From NCBI GenBank assembly GCA_027031935.1, contig JALVPF010000125.1, positions 1-47,459 of the forward strand: a stretch of 47,459 nucleotides of DNA, in the 5' to 3' direction. The DNA comes from Myxococcales bacterium. Lineage in GTDB: Bacteria > Myxococcota > B64-G9. The first letter of the stretch is position 1, and every line of letters starts with the position of its first letter. Positions 46,334 to 47,459 of this stretch are shown here, piece after piece. Position numbers and translations under genes: made by a program. Under the pieces are notes generated by a model. That model ran no database searches. It saw only the letters and a list, made by a program, of their open reading frames with translations, and was not told the DNA's origin.

Positions 46334-47459
46334 ATGAGCATAGACTGGCAAAATCCTCAAAAGCTCTTTATCTCTTTTCTCAGGCTAGGCCTCACAGCCT
46401 TTGGCGGGCCCGCCATGGTAGCCTACATACGGGACCTTGCCGTAAAGAAAAACAAGTGGATCTCAGAAGAATCATTCCGCCAGGGTGTTGCCGTGTGCCA
46501 GTCAATCCCAGGGGCTACGGCTATGCAGGTTGCAGCTTACGTGGGGCTCCGTGTTGGTGGTCCCGTGGGAGGCTTGGCAAGCTATGTGGGCTTCGGCCTG
46601 CCCGCCTTTGTCCTGATGCTAACGATGGCTGCTTTATATGAAGGTGCCCACGACCTCGCCATGGTTGTATCGGCGTTCAAGGGCTTGCATGTGATCGTGG
46701 TCGCTCTTGTGGCAAACGCAACGCTAAGTTTCGGACGAACATCCATAAAAAAATGGCAGGACGGCTTGCTGGCCATTGGGGCAGCGGCTTATCTTTTAGC
46801 ACGTGGTAGCCCGATGATTGTCATCGCTGCATCGGCGGCCCTGGGCTTGGTTCTATTCCGGGAGTCGGGACCGCAAACATTGGAAAGAAACGTGGGCGAT
46901 AAGGTAGCCCTGCAGAAGAATCTAGGGGCGCCGCTGAGCCTGGTCCTGGCCCTGTTAGCTGGTCTGTGCGTCCTTTTTTTCGTGCATCGGAAGCTTTTCG
47001 ACCTGTCTGCTCTGATGCTGAAAGTCGATCTTTTTGCTTTTGGGGGCGGATATGCCTCGGTACCTCTCATGCTCCACGAAATAGTGGACGTGCAGCACTG
47101 GTTGGACAGCAAGACATTCATGGACGGCATCGCCTTAGGGCAGGTAAGCCCCGGTCCTATTGTCATTACAGCTACCTTCGTGGGATATCTCGTTGCCGGC
47201 TTGCCGGGTGCTATCGTGGCAACCGTGAGCATATTCACACCCTCCCTGGTCATCCTCATGACAGTGGTTCCGTACTTCGACCGTTTAAAGGGAAATCACC
47301 TATTTCAACAGGGCCTTCGCGGTGCCTTGGCCTCCTTCGTTGGGCTTTTACTGGCCGTGACCTTACAGTTTTCGCTAGATATTCACTGGGATGTAGGCCA
47401 AGTCCTTATAGCTGCAATTGCTTTCCTGGCACTACGGCTAAAGGTGGATATTCTCTGGG
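46334..47459 (+). CDS. chrA: Chromate transporter (ChrA/CHR family), two-domain form. The C-terminal end runs off the right edge (partial).
   Basis: My own translation from ATG 46334 is open to the window end: MSIDWQNPQKLFISFLRLGLTAFGGPAMVAYIRDL...GVAVCQSIPGATAMQVAAYVG, with a second repeat FAFGGGYASVPLM...GIALGQVSPGPIVITATFVGY. Confidence 0.8.
   Translation, partial: MSIDWQNPQKLFISFLRLGLTAFGGPAMVAYIRDLAVKKNKWISEESFRQGVAVCQSIPGATAMQVAAYVGLRVGGPVGGLASYVGFGLPAFVLMLTMAALYEGAHDLAMVVSAFKGLHVIVVALVANATLSFGRTSIKKWQDGLLAIGAAAYLLARGSPMIVIAASAALGLVLFRESGPQTLERNVGDKVALQKNLGAPLSLVLALLAGLCVLFFVHRKLFDLSALMLKVDLFAFGGGYASVPLMLHEIVDVQHWLDSKTFMDGIALGQVSPGPIVITATFVGYLVAGLPGAIVATVSIFTPSLVILMTVVPYFDRLKGNHLFQQGLRGALASFVGLLLAVTLQFSLDIHWDVGQVLIAAIAFLALRLKVDILW

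Noticed and set aside
1-47459. Searched for CRISPR arrays, rRNA, additional tRNAs (T-loop GGTTCGAATCC and its complement), integrases, toxin-antitoxin pairs and reverse transcriptases
   Set aside because: None was found by eye. The only T-loop match is the tRNA at 10606-10678, and there are no regularly spaced direct repeats.

Overview
This 47.5-kb window is bacterial chromosome at roughly 50% GC. It looks like a delta-proteobacterial or Myxococcota-like lineage, based on a lysine-rich RpoD N-terminus, many lipoproteins, DxDC..G..C.DG.C cysteine repeats and a GGCS-type C-terminal sorting tail. Lineage cannot be proven from sequence alone.

Most of the window is core housekeeping:
- a GH57 glycosidase
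- RNase P RNA
- the rpsU-dnaG-rpoD operon, with a tRNA(CAT) 7 nt downstream of rpoD
- the block ispE-spoVG-prs-ctc-pth-rpsF-rpsR-rplI-dnaB
- asnS, tlyA, dxs and a partial chrA

I saw no rRNA, CRISPR array, transposase, integrase or recognisable defense genes.

The parts these genes do not explain are:
1. A 560-bp non-coding gap (10046-10605). Two inverted copies of a ~135-150-nt rod-hairpin repeat bracket a ~110-nt unit bounded by a promoter-like site and a strong terminator. A collapsed third copy sits upstream of a lipase gene.
2. A second repeat family with two inverted copies 35 kb apart (4375-4600 and 39702-39875).
3. A GC-richer three-gene operon (21034-24081). It encodes two extremely Cys/Asp-rich secreted proteins and an HEXXH lipoprotein, and lies next to a membrane-anchored TlpA-like thiol-disulfide oxidoreductase.
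4. An envelope operon encoding a TPR protein, a degenerate LytM protein and an FN3 protein with a sorting tail.
5. A five-gene GT2/deacetylase/lipoprotein/acyltransferase/SDR cluster.

All functional calls come from motif recognition by eye. No database search was run.
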